From positions 1 to 23,738 of the forward strand of contig JBGGMJ010000123.1 of assembly GCA_041288095.1 (NCBI GenBank): a DNA stretch of 23,738 bases, in the 5' to 3' direction. The notes beneath the pieces are model-generated. The model had not been told where the DNA came from, searched no databases, and saw only the letters and a program-made list of their open reading frames with translations. A program made the position numbers and the translations under genes. Shown here piece after piece: positions 1 to 7,933 of this stretch (within the stretch, counting starts at the first letter, position 1; each line of letters starts with the position of its first letter). This DNA comes from Myxococcota bacterium. GTDB lineage: Bacteria > Myxococcota > XYA12-FULL-58-9 > JALHOP01.

Positions 1-189
1 TTCGATGGCGATGTCGCAGCGCGCCTCGGCCTGATCGAGCAAACCCTGCTGCACGTATTGCGCGCAGAATGTGTTGTTCTCGACGGCTTGCGGCGAGGGC
101 TTCCACGGCACGCAAAACGAGCAAGCGGCCGGCATCACCAAGACGACGGTGAGGCCTAGAATTCGGATGGGTCGCGTCCAGCTGTGCAT
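1..189 (-). CDS. TPR-repeat lipoprotein, N-terminal part only (runs off the window edge)
   Basis: Not in the ORF track; translated by hand from the ATG at 189: MHSWTRPIRILGLTVVLVMPAACSFCVPWKPSPQAVENNTFCAQYVQQGLLDQAEARCDIAIE. It shows a hydrophobic signal ending in AAC (lipobox-like), then a TPR-like helix (G-L-D-x-A...A-I-E). The frame is open to position 1. Confidence 0.7.
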   Translation of the reverse strand, partial: MHSWTRPIRILGLTVVLVMPAACSFCVPWKPSPQAVENNTFCAQYVQQGLLDQAEARCDIAIE

Positions 190-218
190 GGTCGGGGGCC
201 TCGTTGGCGGCTGGCAAA

Positions 219-299
219 GTTGTAGGCGGGTCGAGAAGTACTGTCAATTTAGCACTTTACCAGCGTTGAATTGACACCCGCCCCCGAACCGTTTAGCCA
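219..299. promoter_or_regulatory. Back-to-back sigma70-type promoters
   Basis: On +, TTGACA at 271-276 with a 17-nt spacer to TAGCCA (294-299). On -, TTGACA at 247-242 with a 17-nt spacer to TACAAC (224-219). Both -35 boxes are perfect and both -10 boxes imperfect. The region lies between two divergent genes. Confidence 0.55.
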
Positions 300-305
300 A
301 TCTCA

Positions 306-1022
306 ATGCATGGATTGTGGTCCCGTGTGGCGCTAGCCGCCGCACCCGCTGTTCTGTGTGCCGCTGCTCTCCTCACGCCCCGGGTGGCGCTGGCGCAATA
401 CAAGAACAACTCGTTTGGCCTCGATTTGGGTGGCTGGCTGATCACCAAGCCGTCGCTGCTCGATGCCCAAGGCAACGTCAAGCCGGTCGATCAGCGCCCG
501 ACGCGCCTCGCCAACGGTCTGCGTATTGGCGGCGAAACCAGCGTGAAGATGTCGGAGGACCACTGGTGGTTCACCGGCCGAGTCAACGTCGGGTTCCTCC
601 GCTATGGCGGGTCGAGAGACGGCGATGTCTCGGCGCAGTTCGACGCCGCCGCCGGCGATGCTCTCGGCACCCTGCTCGGCGTTCAGGGCTCGATCGGCGT
701 GCGCTACGTCATCTTCACCGATCGCTTCCGTCCCTACGTGCAGGCCGCTTTGTCGTACATGCACTTGTTCTCCTTCACGAGCGCGGCGGACGACGCTTGC
801 GTCGACTCGGCGGTGCAATTCTGTACCGGCGTGAGCAGCTCGTTGAACGCCTTCCTGCCGCACAACGACATCGGCGCCTTCCACATCCAGCCAGGCTTCG
901 AGCTGATCTTCACGCGCGACACGGCGCTGCACATCTTCGCCGACATGCAGCACTGGATCGTCTTCAATGCCACCGACAACAACGCCGTGGTCATTGGCGC
1001 CGGCATTATCTGGTTCACATGA
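306..1022 (+). CDS. Putative outer-membrane beta-barrel protein (small, probably ~8-stranded)
   Basis: Sec signal ending VALA-Q; alternating amphipathic strands (GSIGVRYVIF, RFRPYVQAALSY, IQPGFELIF); aromatic C-terminal strand GAGIIWFT. Confidence 0.7.
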   Translation: MHGLWSRVALAAAPAVLCAAALLTPRVALAQYKNNSFGLDLGGWLITKPSLLDAQGNVKPVDQRPTRLANGLRIGGETSVKMSEDHWWFTGRVNVGFLRYGGSRDGDVSAQFDAAAGDALGTLLGVQGSIGVRYVIFTDRFRPYVQAALSYMHLFSFTSAADDACVDSAVQFCTGVSSSLNAFLPHNDIGAFHIQPGFELIFTRDTALHIFADMQHWIVFNATDNNAVVIGAGIIWFT

Positions 1023-1675
1023 AAGCCTGCAAGCACCTGACCTTCGCCGCCGCGATGTCCGCAATCGCGGCCTGCGGCGGTTTCACCGACGGCGGTAACG
1101 GCACCAAGACGCTCGAAGTCGAAGCGCGGGTGAGCTTCGTGGCCGGCAACGCCAACATGAACGCGCGCGTCTCGGTCGTGCAAGACGGCGCCCAGGTGCC
1201 GCTCGCGGACGTGACGTTGCGCGACGAAGAGACCGAAGCAATCTTCACGCTCGCACCCGAGGGCAACTTCTATCGCGCCAGCATCGCCGGCGGCTATCGC
1301 CGCAAGCTCGAGCTGAAGATCGAGCGTGGCGAGGACAACCTCGACGCCAAGCTCGAAGGGCCGGGAGAGCATTTCGTCTCGAGTCCCTTCGACCGCACCA
1401 CCGTGGAGCTCGGCGACGACCCATTGACCGTCAACTGGACGGTCTCCGACGGCATCCGCGCCGACGATGTCGCCATCTCCCTCGACGGCTCGGACTACCG
1501 CGGCGAGACCAATCGCGACCAAGGCGAAGTCGAAGTGCCGCGCGAGCTCCTCCGCGTCGGCGATGACGTCATTCACGTCGAGCGCTCGAATAGCGTCGAC
1601 CTCGATGGTGGCACCGGGAGCTCACGCTTCACCATGAGCTACGAAGCGACGAGCAGCGTCACGTTCGCGGACTAG
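1019..1675 (+). CDS. Lipoprotein of unknown function (beta-rich, 218 aa)
   Basis: The ATG at 1019 overlaps the upstream stop (ATGA). MKACKHLTFAAAMSAIAAC-GG is a lipobox. The ORF-track extension back to 317 is an out-of-frame shadow of the barrel gene. Confidence 0.75.
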   Translation: MKACKHLTFAAAMSAIAACGGFTDGGNGTKTLEVEARVSFVAGNANMNARVSVVQDGAQVPLADVTLRDEETEAIFTLAPEGNFYRASIAGGYRRKLELKIERGEDNLDAKLEGPGEHFVSSPFDRTTVELGDDPLTVNWTVSDGIRADDVAISLDGSDYRGETNRDQGEVEVPRELLRVGDDVIHVERSNSVDLDGGTGSSRFTMSYEATSSVTFAD

Positions 1676-2422
1676 CTAACGAACCGTCGGGAGCGGTGGC
1701 CGTACCCACTTGTCCATCTCGGCGGCCACCGTGGAATCGAGCTCCGCCACCGCCCGCAGGCCAGCGTCACGACTCCCATAGATGCGCGTGATTTCGGCGA
1801 GCGCATGGTTGCGGTACTCGTCTTTCTGCACCGGGTAGATGTTCTTGTCCCCAGGCAGCGAGCGCCACAATGCGATGGTGTCGGCCAAGTTGCGCTGCCG
1901 CCGCGCGGCCGCTTCCGCCTGTGCTTGCGCGCGGCTCTGCTCTTCCACGCTGCGTGGCGGGATAGTCTCGGCGGGACGCGGCGGATCGAGTCTGAGGCCC
2001 TGGCTCGCTTCCGGCATGACGAGATTGCGCGGCGGCGCCTGCTGCACGCGGGACGGCCAGCGGCGCTCAGCGGCGGCAAGCATCTCGAGGAGATTTGCCT
2101 CCGGATGAACATCCAGGCGCTGGACCAGCGCCGCGCGCAGCGTACCCAGATTGGGTGTACCCGCCATGGCGGGCACATAGCGACTCATCTCGGCGGACAG
2201 ACGCGCACGTACCTCGTCTTGCGTCGGGCTGGCACCGGCGCCGAAGCGCGTATCGATGAAGTAACGCAGCTGCTGGTTCGCGAGCTCGAGCACCTCGGGA
2301 CGTTCCCGCACGGCTTGGGCCGTTTGACCAGAAAGCACCGAGAGTAGCCCGTACTGCGGCGTCGCGGTCGGCTCGGCGGGGGCGGCAACGGTCCCTCTGA
2401 TCGGTTCGAGCGGCTGGGTCAT
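1676..2422 (-). CDS. Hypothetical cytoplasmic helical protein (248 aa)
   Basis: ATG at 2422 (MTQPLEPIRG) preceded by a GAGGAG Shine-Dalgarno, 25 nt downstream of the kinase stop. No recognisable motif. Confidence 0.65.
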   Translation of the reverse strand: MTQPLEPIRGTVAAPAEPTATPQYGLLSVLSGQTAQAVRERPEVLELANQQLRYFIDTRFGAGASPTQDEVRARLSAEMSRYVPAMAGTPNLGTLRAALVQRLDVHPEANLLEMLAAAERRWPSRVQQAPPRNLVMPEASQGLRLDPPRPAETIPPRSVEEQSRAQAQAEAAARRQRNLADTIALWRSLPGDKNIYPVQKDEYRNHALAEITRIYGSRDAGLRAVAELDSTVAAEMDKWVRPPLPTVR

Positions 2423-2447
2423 GCGTGACTCCTCATACACGACGAGA

Positions 2448-4001
2448 TCATTCGCGGGTGATTCGTCCTCTACTGAGGTCGGCGATGAGACTTGCCCCGC
2501 TGTTGGTGACGTCGACTGTCTGCTTGAGCCGACGCCCCGAGCCGCGGATTTCGATGACGTGCTTACCGGGCGCGAGCTTGAGCGACTTGCGGGTGATCTT
2601 GCCGTACCGCTTGCCGTCGACGGTGAGCGTCCCGCGGCCGCCACGCACCACGATGTCGATGCTACCGGGCTCGGACTTGTCGGGCGGCAAGTTCTTGCCG
2701 ACGGCGGGTTGGTCCGGCTTGCTTTTGTCCGGTTGCTCGTCGTCGTCCGCTTTCGCGGTCTCGTCCTGCTTCTTGGTGCTGTCGCTCAACGGCCGCGGCT
2801 GAAAAACCAGGTAACCCGCAAGCAAGACCGCGAGCCCGGCGAGGATGCCGACGACCGCGTAAAGCCAACCCCCGGTGCGCCCTTGGCCGCGCGACAAGAG
2901 CTCGGTGTTGCTACGCACCGCCTTCATGCCGGGCGTGGTGACGCCGCTGATCGCATGCACCTCGTCGTTTTCGGGATCGACCTCGAGCAAGCGCTCACGC
3001 AGGGTCACCGCGCTTTGCTCGTCGTGATCCTTGATGGCCACCTTCAAACGCGACGTCAGGTAAGAGACCGCGCGCCGCCGCGCCAGCTGCGCGTAGGCCT
3101 TCGGATCGCGCATGTAGTCGCGCAGATCGTCACGCAGGTCGGAGACGCCGTTGTGCTCGAGGATGATCTTCAAGCGCTCGCGCACCATCTCGACGGAGCG
3201 GAAGCGCTTCTTCGGCTTGGCCTGCAGGCACTCGCCGAGGAGGTCACAGAACTCCTGCGACAACGACGGATTGTATTGACGCGCGTCGCGGATGCGCCCG
3301 GAGACGACGTTGCGGAACATCTCGACCGGGCTGTCGCCCTCGTAGGGCAGCTCGCCGGTGGCGATGTTGTAGAGCAAGGCACCGAGCGCGAAGATGTCGG
3401 TGCGTGGCCCGAGCGCGCGGTTCATCATCAGCTCAGGCGCCATGAAGCCCGGCGTGCCGATGACGTCCGTGTCGGCCTGCCAGCCGTCGACGGCGCTGTC
3501 CTCGCGGATCGCCTTGACGACGCCAAAGTCCGTTAAAACGACACGCCCCTGCCCGTCCATGAAAACGTTCTCGGGCTTCAAGTCGCGGTGAATGACGCCG
3601 GCCTCGTGCGCGACCTGCAAGGCCAAGCAGAGCTCGTGCCCCACCGCCGCGGCGGCCGGCTCGGGCATCATGCCCTTGCTGTTCATGATGTTGAAAAGGT
3701 CGTCGCCCTCGAGCTTCTCCATGACGAGGTAGAGGTGCTCGGACTCGACACCGGAGTAGTCGTAGATTTCGACGATGTTCGAGTGCCGCAACGCGGCAAT
3801 GGCGCGCGCTTCGCGGTGAAAGCGCTGACGCCCCTTGGCATCGCGAGACAAGCTCTGGGCCACGACCTTCATCGCAACCTCGCGATGAAGCTTCGGATCC
3901 CAGGCGCGATAAACATTTCCCATCGCGCCATGACCAAGGATCCCGCGTATTTCGTAGCGGTCGATGGTCTCCGGATCGTTCACCGCGTAAGTGTAACGCA
4001 T
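2448..4001 (-). CDS. Membrane Hanks-type Ser/Thr protein kinase with C-terminal PEGA-like domain
   Basis: Kinase motifs GHGAMG, VAMK, HRDLKPEN, DFG, GTPGFMAPE and DIFALG. TM helix WLYAVVGILAGLAVLLAGYLVF. PEGA-like tail GTLTVDGKRYGK...LKLAPGKHVIEI. The start could instead be GTG at 3983. Confidence 0.93.
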   Translation of the reverse strand: MRYTYAVNDPETIDRYEIRGILGHGAMGNVYRAWDPKLHREVAMKVVAQSLSRDAKGRQRFHREARAIAALRHSNIVEIYDYSGVESEHLYLVMEKLEGDDLFNIMNSKGMMPEPAAAAVGHELCLALQVAHEAGVIHRDLKPENVFMDGQGRVVLTDFGVVKAIREDSAVDGWQADTDVIGTPGFMAPELMMNRALGPRTDIFALGALLYNIATGELPYEGDSPVEMFRNVVSGRIRDARQYNPSLSQEFCDLLGECLQAKPKKRFRSVEMVRERLKIILEHNGVSDLRDDLRDYMRDPKAYAQLARRRAVSYLTSRLKVAIKDHDEQSAVTLRERLLEVDPENDEVHAISGVTTPGMKAVRSNTELLSRGQGRTGGWLYAVVGILAGLAVLLAGYLVFQPRPLSDSTKKQDETAKADDDEQPDKSKPDQPAVGKNLPPDKSEPGSIDIVVRGGRGTLTVDGKRYGKITRKSLKLAPGKHVIEIRGSGRRLKQTVDVTNSGASLIADLSRGRITRE

Positions 4002-4056
4002 CCCAGCCGCCCAGCGAATCTCCGGCGCGCGCCGAACCGAATAGCAAGCGCAGGGA

Positions 4057-4241
4057 GGGCGACACCGTCCCGTCGGTCAGACGGGAGAGCCCGCAAACCC
4101 CCGACCGAAGCCGCCGCAGGCCGCAACGCAGCTACGTTCGAAGCGCCAGCGTAGCCTGGCGTCGGGTTCGCGCTTTCCGTGCCGAAGGCGCGGCGCGAAC
4201 TCGACATGGGCCGCGGCGCCTTCAGGCGCCGAACAAGGCCC
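4057..4241. repeat. Cluster of four consecutive GC-rich hairpins (REP/MITE-like element or structured RNA)
   Basis: Stems at 4068-4074/4080-4086, 4131-4136/4150-4155, 4161-4173/4193-4205 (inner 4178-4183/4187-4192, GAA loop) and 4208-4212/4237-4241 (inner 4214-4220/4225-4231). Confidence 0.55.
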
Positions 4242-4283
4242 AAAAAAAAAGGACGGCCGCACCCACCATGAGAACGGCCGTCC
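4242..4283 (-). terminator. Intrinsic terminator (minus strand)
   Basis: Perfect 9-bp stem GGACGGCCG (4251-4259) / CGGCCGTCC (4275-4283), followed on the minus strand by T9 (A run 4242-4250). Confidence 0.8.
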
Positions 4284-4437
4284 AAGTACTAATCGAGCTG
4301 CGCTGAACCTACCACGAGCCGCCATTCAATTGTAATCAAGCCCAGCGAAGCTCAAGACTAGTATCGGCAGGTGTCGCGAGACGTTGCCGAAAAAAGCACT
4401 GGGCACTGCAACGCCATGTGATTGCTCGGGAAAAACC

Positions 4438-4472
4438 AAAAAAAGGATCCCCAAACAACCTATTCGGGGCCC
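4438..4472 (-). terminator. Intrinsic terminator of the lpxK-M23 operon
   Basis: On the minus strand, a CCCCGAATA/TGTTTGGGG stem (with G-U pairs) begins immediately after the TAG at 4476-4474 and is followed by T7 (A run 4438-4444). Confidence 0.7.
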
Positions 4473-4473
4473 G

Positions 4474-5529
4474 CTACCAGCCGCCGTGCAGCTGCCAGCG
4501 CTTGTCGCCCTCGAAGGTGTAGTTGAGGGAGCCGATACCACCGCTGCTCAGGTCGTTACGTCCGGCCGCCGCGGCGCTGCCCGCGAGCATCGCCTGGACG
4601 CCCGGGAGGTCGGTGCCGATGGGGTCAACCGGCTCACCATCGCGGCGTAGCTCGTAGTGCAGATGGGGACCGGTCGAGTGCCCCGTGTCGCCCGAGAGCC
4701 CGATGATCGTCTTGCCGCCGCTTACGTGCTGGCCCGCCTTCACCATGATGCGGTTCAAGTGGGCGTAGCGCGTCTCGTAGCGGCCGTGGTTGATGATCAC
4801 GAAGTTGCCGTAACCGAACAGATCGTGGTCGGCGCGCTCGACGACGCCGTCGTGCGCCGCGGCGATCGGGGTATTGGCATCTATCGGGATGTCGATGCCC
4901 TTGTGGCGGCGGCCGCTGCGCCAACCGAAGACGCTCGAGAGCCGAGCGTGACGGTTGGGGACGCTGCCAACCGAGCTCTTCGGGCTCGGCAGCTCGGAGG
5001 TGGTGACACCGAACGCGAGCGGCGCGGTGGCCGGGTCTTGCTTGGGCGCGGCCGCGACCGGTGGGACCGAGGTCGGAGCCGCGGGTTTGAAGGGAGGCAG
5101 TTTCGACCTGCGCCCGTTGCCCGAGACCTGCTGCGCCCAACCGCTGCCGGTACGGAGGCCATCCTGCGATGCCGGCGTATCGGGCGTGGTGATGAGCGTC
5201 GGCTCCGCTTGTTTCTCGAGATTTTCGGCGCGCCGCGCCCAGGTCGCGTTGCGGGGGATGACGCAGCCCATCGGTAAGACGATGGGCTCGTTGATGATCA
5301 TACGGTGGCCGGTCTGCGACTCGTTGTAAGCGAAGCGCTCGGCGTTCACCTCACGGAGCGCCGCTTCGGTGACGCTGTAGAACGCCGCGAGTCGCGGGAG
5401 TCGATCGCTCGGCTGCACCAGGTGCACGTAGCCCGACGGTTGCACGGGAGCGCGCGATTCGGACGCGGAGGCGTGACGCTCACCCGCGGTGATCGGTGCG
5501 ATCAGCAGTGCGAGGATCAGGTACTTCAT
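4474..5529 (-). CDS. Secreted LysM-domain M23 family metallopeptidase (peptidoglycan endopeptidase)
   Basis: Signal peptide; LysM-like HLVQPSDRLPRLAAFYSVTEAALREVN; Pro/Ala linker; M23 zinc motifs HKGID and GPHLHYE, plus YGNFVIINH and TRYAHL. Confidence 0.92.
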   Translation of the reverse strand: MKYLILALLIAPITAGERHASASESRAPVQPSGYVHLVQPSDRLPRLAAFYSVTEAALREVNAERFAYNESQTGHRMIINEPIVLPMGCVIPRNATWARRAENLEKQAEPTLITTPDTPASQDGLRTGSGWAQQVSGNGRRSKLPPFKPAAPTSVPPVAAAPKQDPATAPLAFGVTTSELPSPKSSVGSVPNRHARLSSVFGWRSGRRHKGIDIPIDANTPIAAAHDGVVERADHDLFGYGNFVIINHGRYETRYAHLNRIMVKAGQHVSGGKTIIGLSGDTGHSTGPHLHYELRRDGEPVDPIGTDLPGVQAMLAGSAAAAGRNDLSSGGIGSLNYTFEGDKRWQLHGGW

Positions 5530-6548
5530 GCCGTCCGCTTCTCACGCGCGTCACGCAAGAGCTCGCGTAGCTCCGCCGCTCCACGCGTCACTTCGAGTCC
5601 TACCCGCGCCACCCAGACCGGAACGGTCAGCCCGAGCCCCTCGAGCTTCACCGCGTCCTTCGCCGTCACCACCAAGGCCTGAGCCTTCGTATCGGCGACG
5701 CGCCGCGCCAACTCCCCCATGTCCTTGGGAGTGTAGCGAACGTGATCAGGAAAGCCCACTAGGTCGATGAGCTCCGCGTCGGATCGTTCGAGAGTGTCCG
5801 CGAAGGCCAACGGACGCGCGATTCCGCAGGCCGCGACGACCACCTTGTGCGCGATGTCGACCGGCGTCCCATCCTGCGCGGTCACGGTCAGGGGGCCGTC
5901 TTGACTGAGCACCAACAGCGCCTCGCCGGCGAGACGCGCCAAGAGCTCCTCGTCGCGGCCGCCGGTTCGGCTGTGGGCCCACACGACATGCGCGCGCTGC
6001 AGGCCCGCCGCCGACTCGCGCAGGGTGCCCGCGGGCAAGAGGTAGCCGTTGCCCAGGGGCGCCTCGCCACGCAAGACGACGATGTCGAGGTCACGCTTCA
6101 AGGCGCGATGGCTGAAGCCGTCATCTAGGACGACGACGTCACAGCCGCGCTCACGCAGCGCCACCGCGCCGGGATAGCGGTGCTCGGATGCCGCGACCGG
6201 CACGCCACGCTCGCGCGCCAGCATCGCCGGCTCGTCGCCGACTCGCCAAGGATCCGCGACCTCGCCCTCTTCCATCACCAGGCCACGCGTCGATCGCCCA
6301 TAGCCGCGCGTGAGCAGGCCGGGTCGCATACCGAGCTCGCGACAGGCATCGAGCACCCAGCCCGCGACGGGTGTCTTGCCACTGCCTCCCGCTTCGAGCC
6401 CGCCGACCGAGACGGTGAGCACGCCCGCGTCCCGCGAGGGCAGCACACCGCTGTCGTACGCGAAGCGTCGCGTGTGCGCCGCCGCGGCGAAGACCCACGA
6501 AAGCGGCGCGGCCACGGCCCCCCAGGGCCTCTCGGCGTGCGAAACCAT
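5526..6548 (-). CDS. lpxK: Tetraacyldisaccharide 4'-kinase (lipid A 4'-kinase)
   Basis: Motifs GGSGKTP, TRGYG, GDEP, LDDGFSH, LLPAGTLRE, GIARP, FPDH and KDAVK. GAGG RBS; stop overlaps the M23 start (ATGA). Confidence 0.93.
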   Translation of the reverse strand: MVSHAERPWGAVAAPLSWVFAAAAHTRRFAYDSGVLPSRDAGVLTVSVGGLEAGGSGKTPVAGWVLDACRELGMRPGLLTRGYGRSTRGLVMEEGEVADPWRVGDEPAMLARERGVPVAASEHRYPGAVALRERGCDVVVLDDGFSHRALKRDLDIVVLRGEAPLGNGYLLPAGTLRESAAGLQRAHVVWAHSRTGGRDEELLARLAGEALLVLSQDGPLTVTAQDGTPVDIAHKVVVAACGIARPLAFADTLERSDAELIDLVGFPDHVRYTPKDMGELARRVADTKAQALVVTAKDAVKLEGLGLTVPVWVARVGLEVTRGAAELRELLRDAREKRTA

Positions 6549-6556
6549 CGCCGCCT

Positions 6557-7024
6557 CTAGCCGCGGAACCCGACGGCCTTGAGCTGCTCCCTGGCTTCGT
6601 CGATACGCTTGTGTGCGCTCAAGCGGAGTGATTGGTCAGCCTCGCTGACGGCGTCGATGATCTGTTGCAGCCCGTCGGCCAAGGTCCCGAGCGCGCGGCT
6701 CATGGCGCGGATCGACTTCCCCTGCTGCGACGCCGTCCCGATGCGCTTGCCTTCCTTGTAGAGGCGCTCGGCGAGCGGTTGCACGGTCCCCAGGAGGAGC
6801 TCGGCGACGCCGGCCTCGACGCCGAGCAAGCTGCCGACGAGCTCGGCTTGCGCCTGCGACTTGTCCGGCGCCGCGCCCCAGCGCTCGATGGTCTCGACCA
6901 GCGTTTGTCGCAGCCGTTGGGCCTGCGGCGTCTTGTCGGCTTGGAGATCACGGAGCAGCTGCATGAACTGCTCGGTCTGAGCCCGCACCTCATCTGCGCT
7001 TGGCGGCTGAACCTGCTGAGTCAC
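6557..7024 (-). CDS. Hypothetical all-helical protein (155 aa)
   Basis: GTG start 9 nt after the upstream stop, ending 8 nt before lpxK. Amphipathic or coiled-coil-like helices; no recognisable motif. Confidence 0.65.
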   Translation of the reverse strand: MTQQVQPPSADEVRAQTEQFMQLLRDLQADKTPQAQRLRQTLVETIERWGAAPDKSQAQAELVGSLLGVEAGVAELLLGTVQPLAERLYKEGKRIGTASQQGKSIRAMSRALGTLADGLQQIIDAVSEADQSLRLSAHKRIDEAREQLKAVGFRG

Positions 7025-7033
7025 CGTGACAGT

Positions 7034-7774
7034 CTATACGGCAGCTGGCGCGAAAGGCACGACTTGCACGGGCTGCCCGGTACCGGGCGTCACGGTGCCG
7101 TCAAGGCCGGGTTGCGGTTGCAGGCCGGTTGCGTAGGGATCGACGTAGGGCTGCGCCGGGCTCGAAATCACACCGGCGACCTGCCGGCGCACCATGTCGA
7201 GAGTGTCGCGGACCACGCCGCGGCGATTCGGTCCGAGCTCCCAGCTCTCCGGCGCCAGGTAGTTGAGACCACCCAAGATCTGCACGCCCTGCCGCGTATC
7301 GCTCTGCGCATCGAACCAATAGTTCAGGCCGGCGTTGGCGATCGCGCCGCCGAGCGGCATGATGATGCCCAGCAGGTCGCCGGATAGTCGGGTGAGCTCT
7401 TTCGTCCAGTCTATATGCTCCTTGTCCTCACCCGAGAGGAGGGCGAGCGCGATGCGGCAGAGACGGATGGCCGCGGAAGCCATGCTGACGATTTGGCCAA
7501 TGCCGGGCAGACAGCGGAGGATGAACTCGAAGACCTCGAGGGCCTTCTGCCAGAAGCTCGGTCGGGTCGCGGCGTCGTCACCGGCGATGGCCTGTTGACG
7601 CAGTCCGTCGAGGCCCGCTTGAGCGGCATCGAGGTGCTCACGCGGCACCGTCAGGGGCGCGGCCGCGGCCGGCCCAGTCACGTTGGGAGCCACGTACGGC
7701 GGAGCACCGTCGACGGGAGGCGTCTGGTACGAGGGACCGAGAACCGCTCCGGGTGTCGCTGCTACTGCTGACAT
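7034..7774 (-). CDS. Hypothetical protein with central hydrophobic helical hairpins (246 aa)
   Basis: Pro-rich termini and no signal peptide. Core FWQKALEVFEFILRCLPGIGQIVSMASAAIRLCRIALALLSG and LSGDLLGIIMPLGGAIANAGLNYW. First gene of a tightly packed minus-strand run. Confidence 0.65.
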   Translation of the reverse strand: MSAVAATPGAVLGPSYQTPPVDGAPPYVAPNVTGPAAAAPLTVPREHLDAAQAGLDGLRQQAIAGDDAATRPSFWQKALEVFEFILRCLPGIGQIVSMASAAIRLCRIALALLSGEDKEHIDWTKELTRLSGDLLGIIMPLGGAIANAGLNYWFDAQSDTRQGVQILGGLNYLAPESWELGPNRRGVVRDTLDMVRRQVAGVISSPAQPYVDPYATGLQPQPGLDGTVTPGTGQPVQVVPFAPAAV

Positions 7775-7933
7775 CTCGTTCGCAACCCCTTGCCCTGGCT
7801 AAAGGCGCAACCCAGCCATTCTCCTCATTTATCGCCCAAAACCGGCACTCGATGCTCGGAAGCCCCTGTCACGCCGTCACGTCCGGGCGTCAAAAAATGC
7901 ATACCCCGCCGTAACCTGTGGTACCGCCAAGGC

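Noticed and set aside
317..1018. N-terminal extensions in the ORF track (317-1018, 2423-2644, 7790-7933, 8406-8483, 8786-8872, 21997-22638)
   Set aside because: These mostly overlap neighbouring genes in another frame. Internal starts with a lipobox, RBS or ATGA coupling fit better, and there is no evidence for real fusions such as an extended TrpD.
4002..4241. Known riboswitch (c-di-GMP-I, c-di-AMP, cobalamin) or housekeeping RNA (tRNA, tmRNA, SRP, 6S, RNase P)
   Set aside because: GCAAACC at 4093 superficially recalls c-di-GMP-I, but the GNRA tetraloop/receptor and GACGCAAAG elements are not present. No other consensus was recognised. A covariance search is still needed.
3980..4541. Small ORFs 3980-4285, 4077-4325 and 4326-4541
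   Set aside because: They read through terminator hairpins and poly-T tracts, lack an RBS and have atypical composition.
7826..7882. Sigma28-like -10 (GGCGATAA, minus strand) and a GTCACG direct repeat in the divergent promoter region
   Set aside because: No matching -35 element, and the motifs are short enough to arise by chance in GC-rich DNA.
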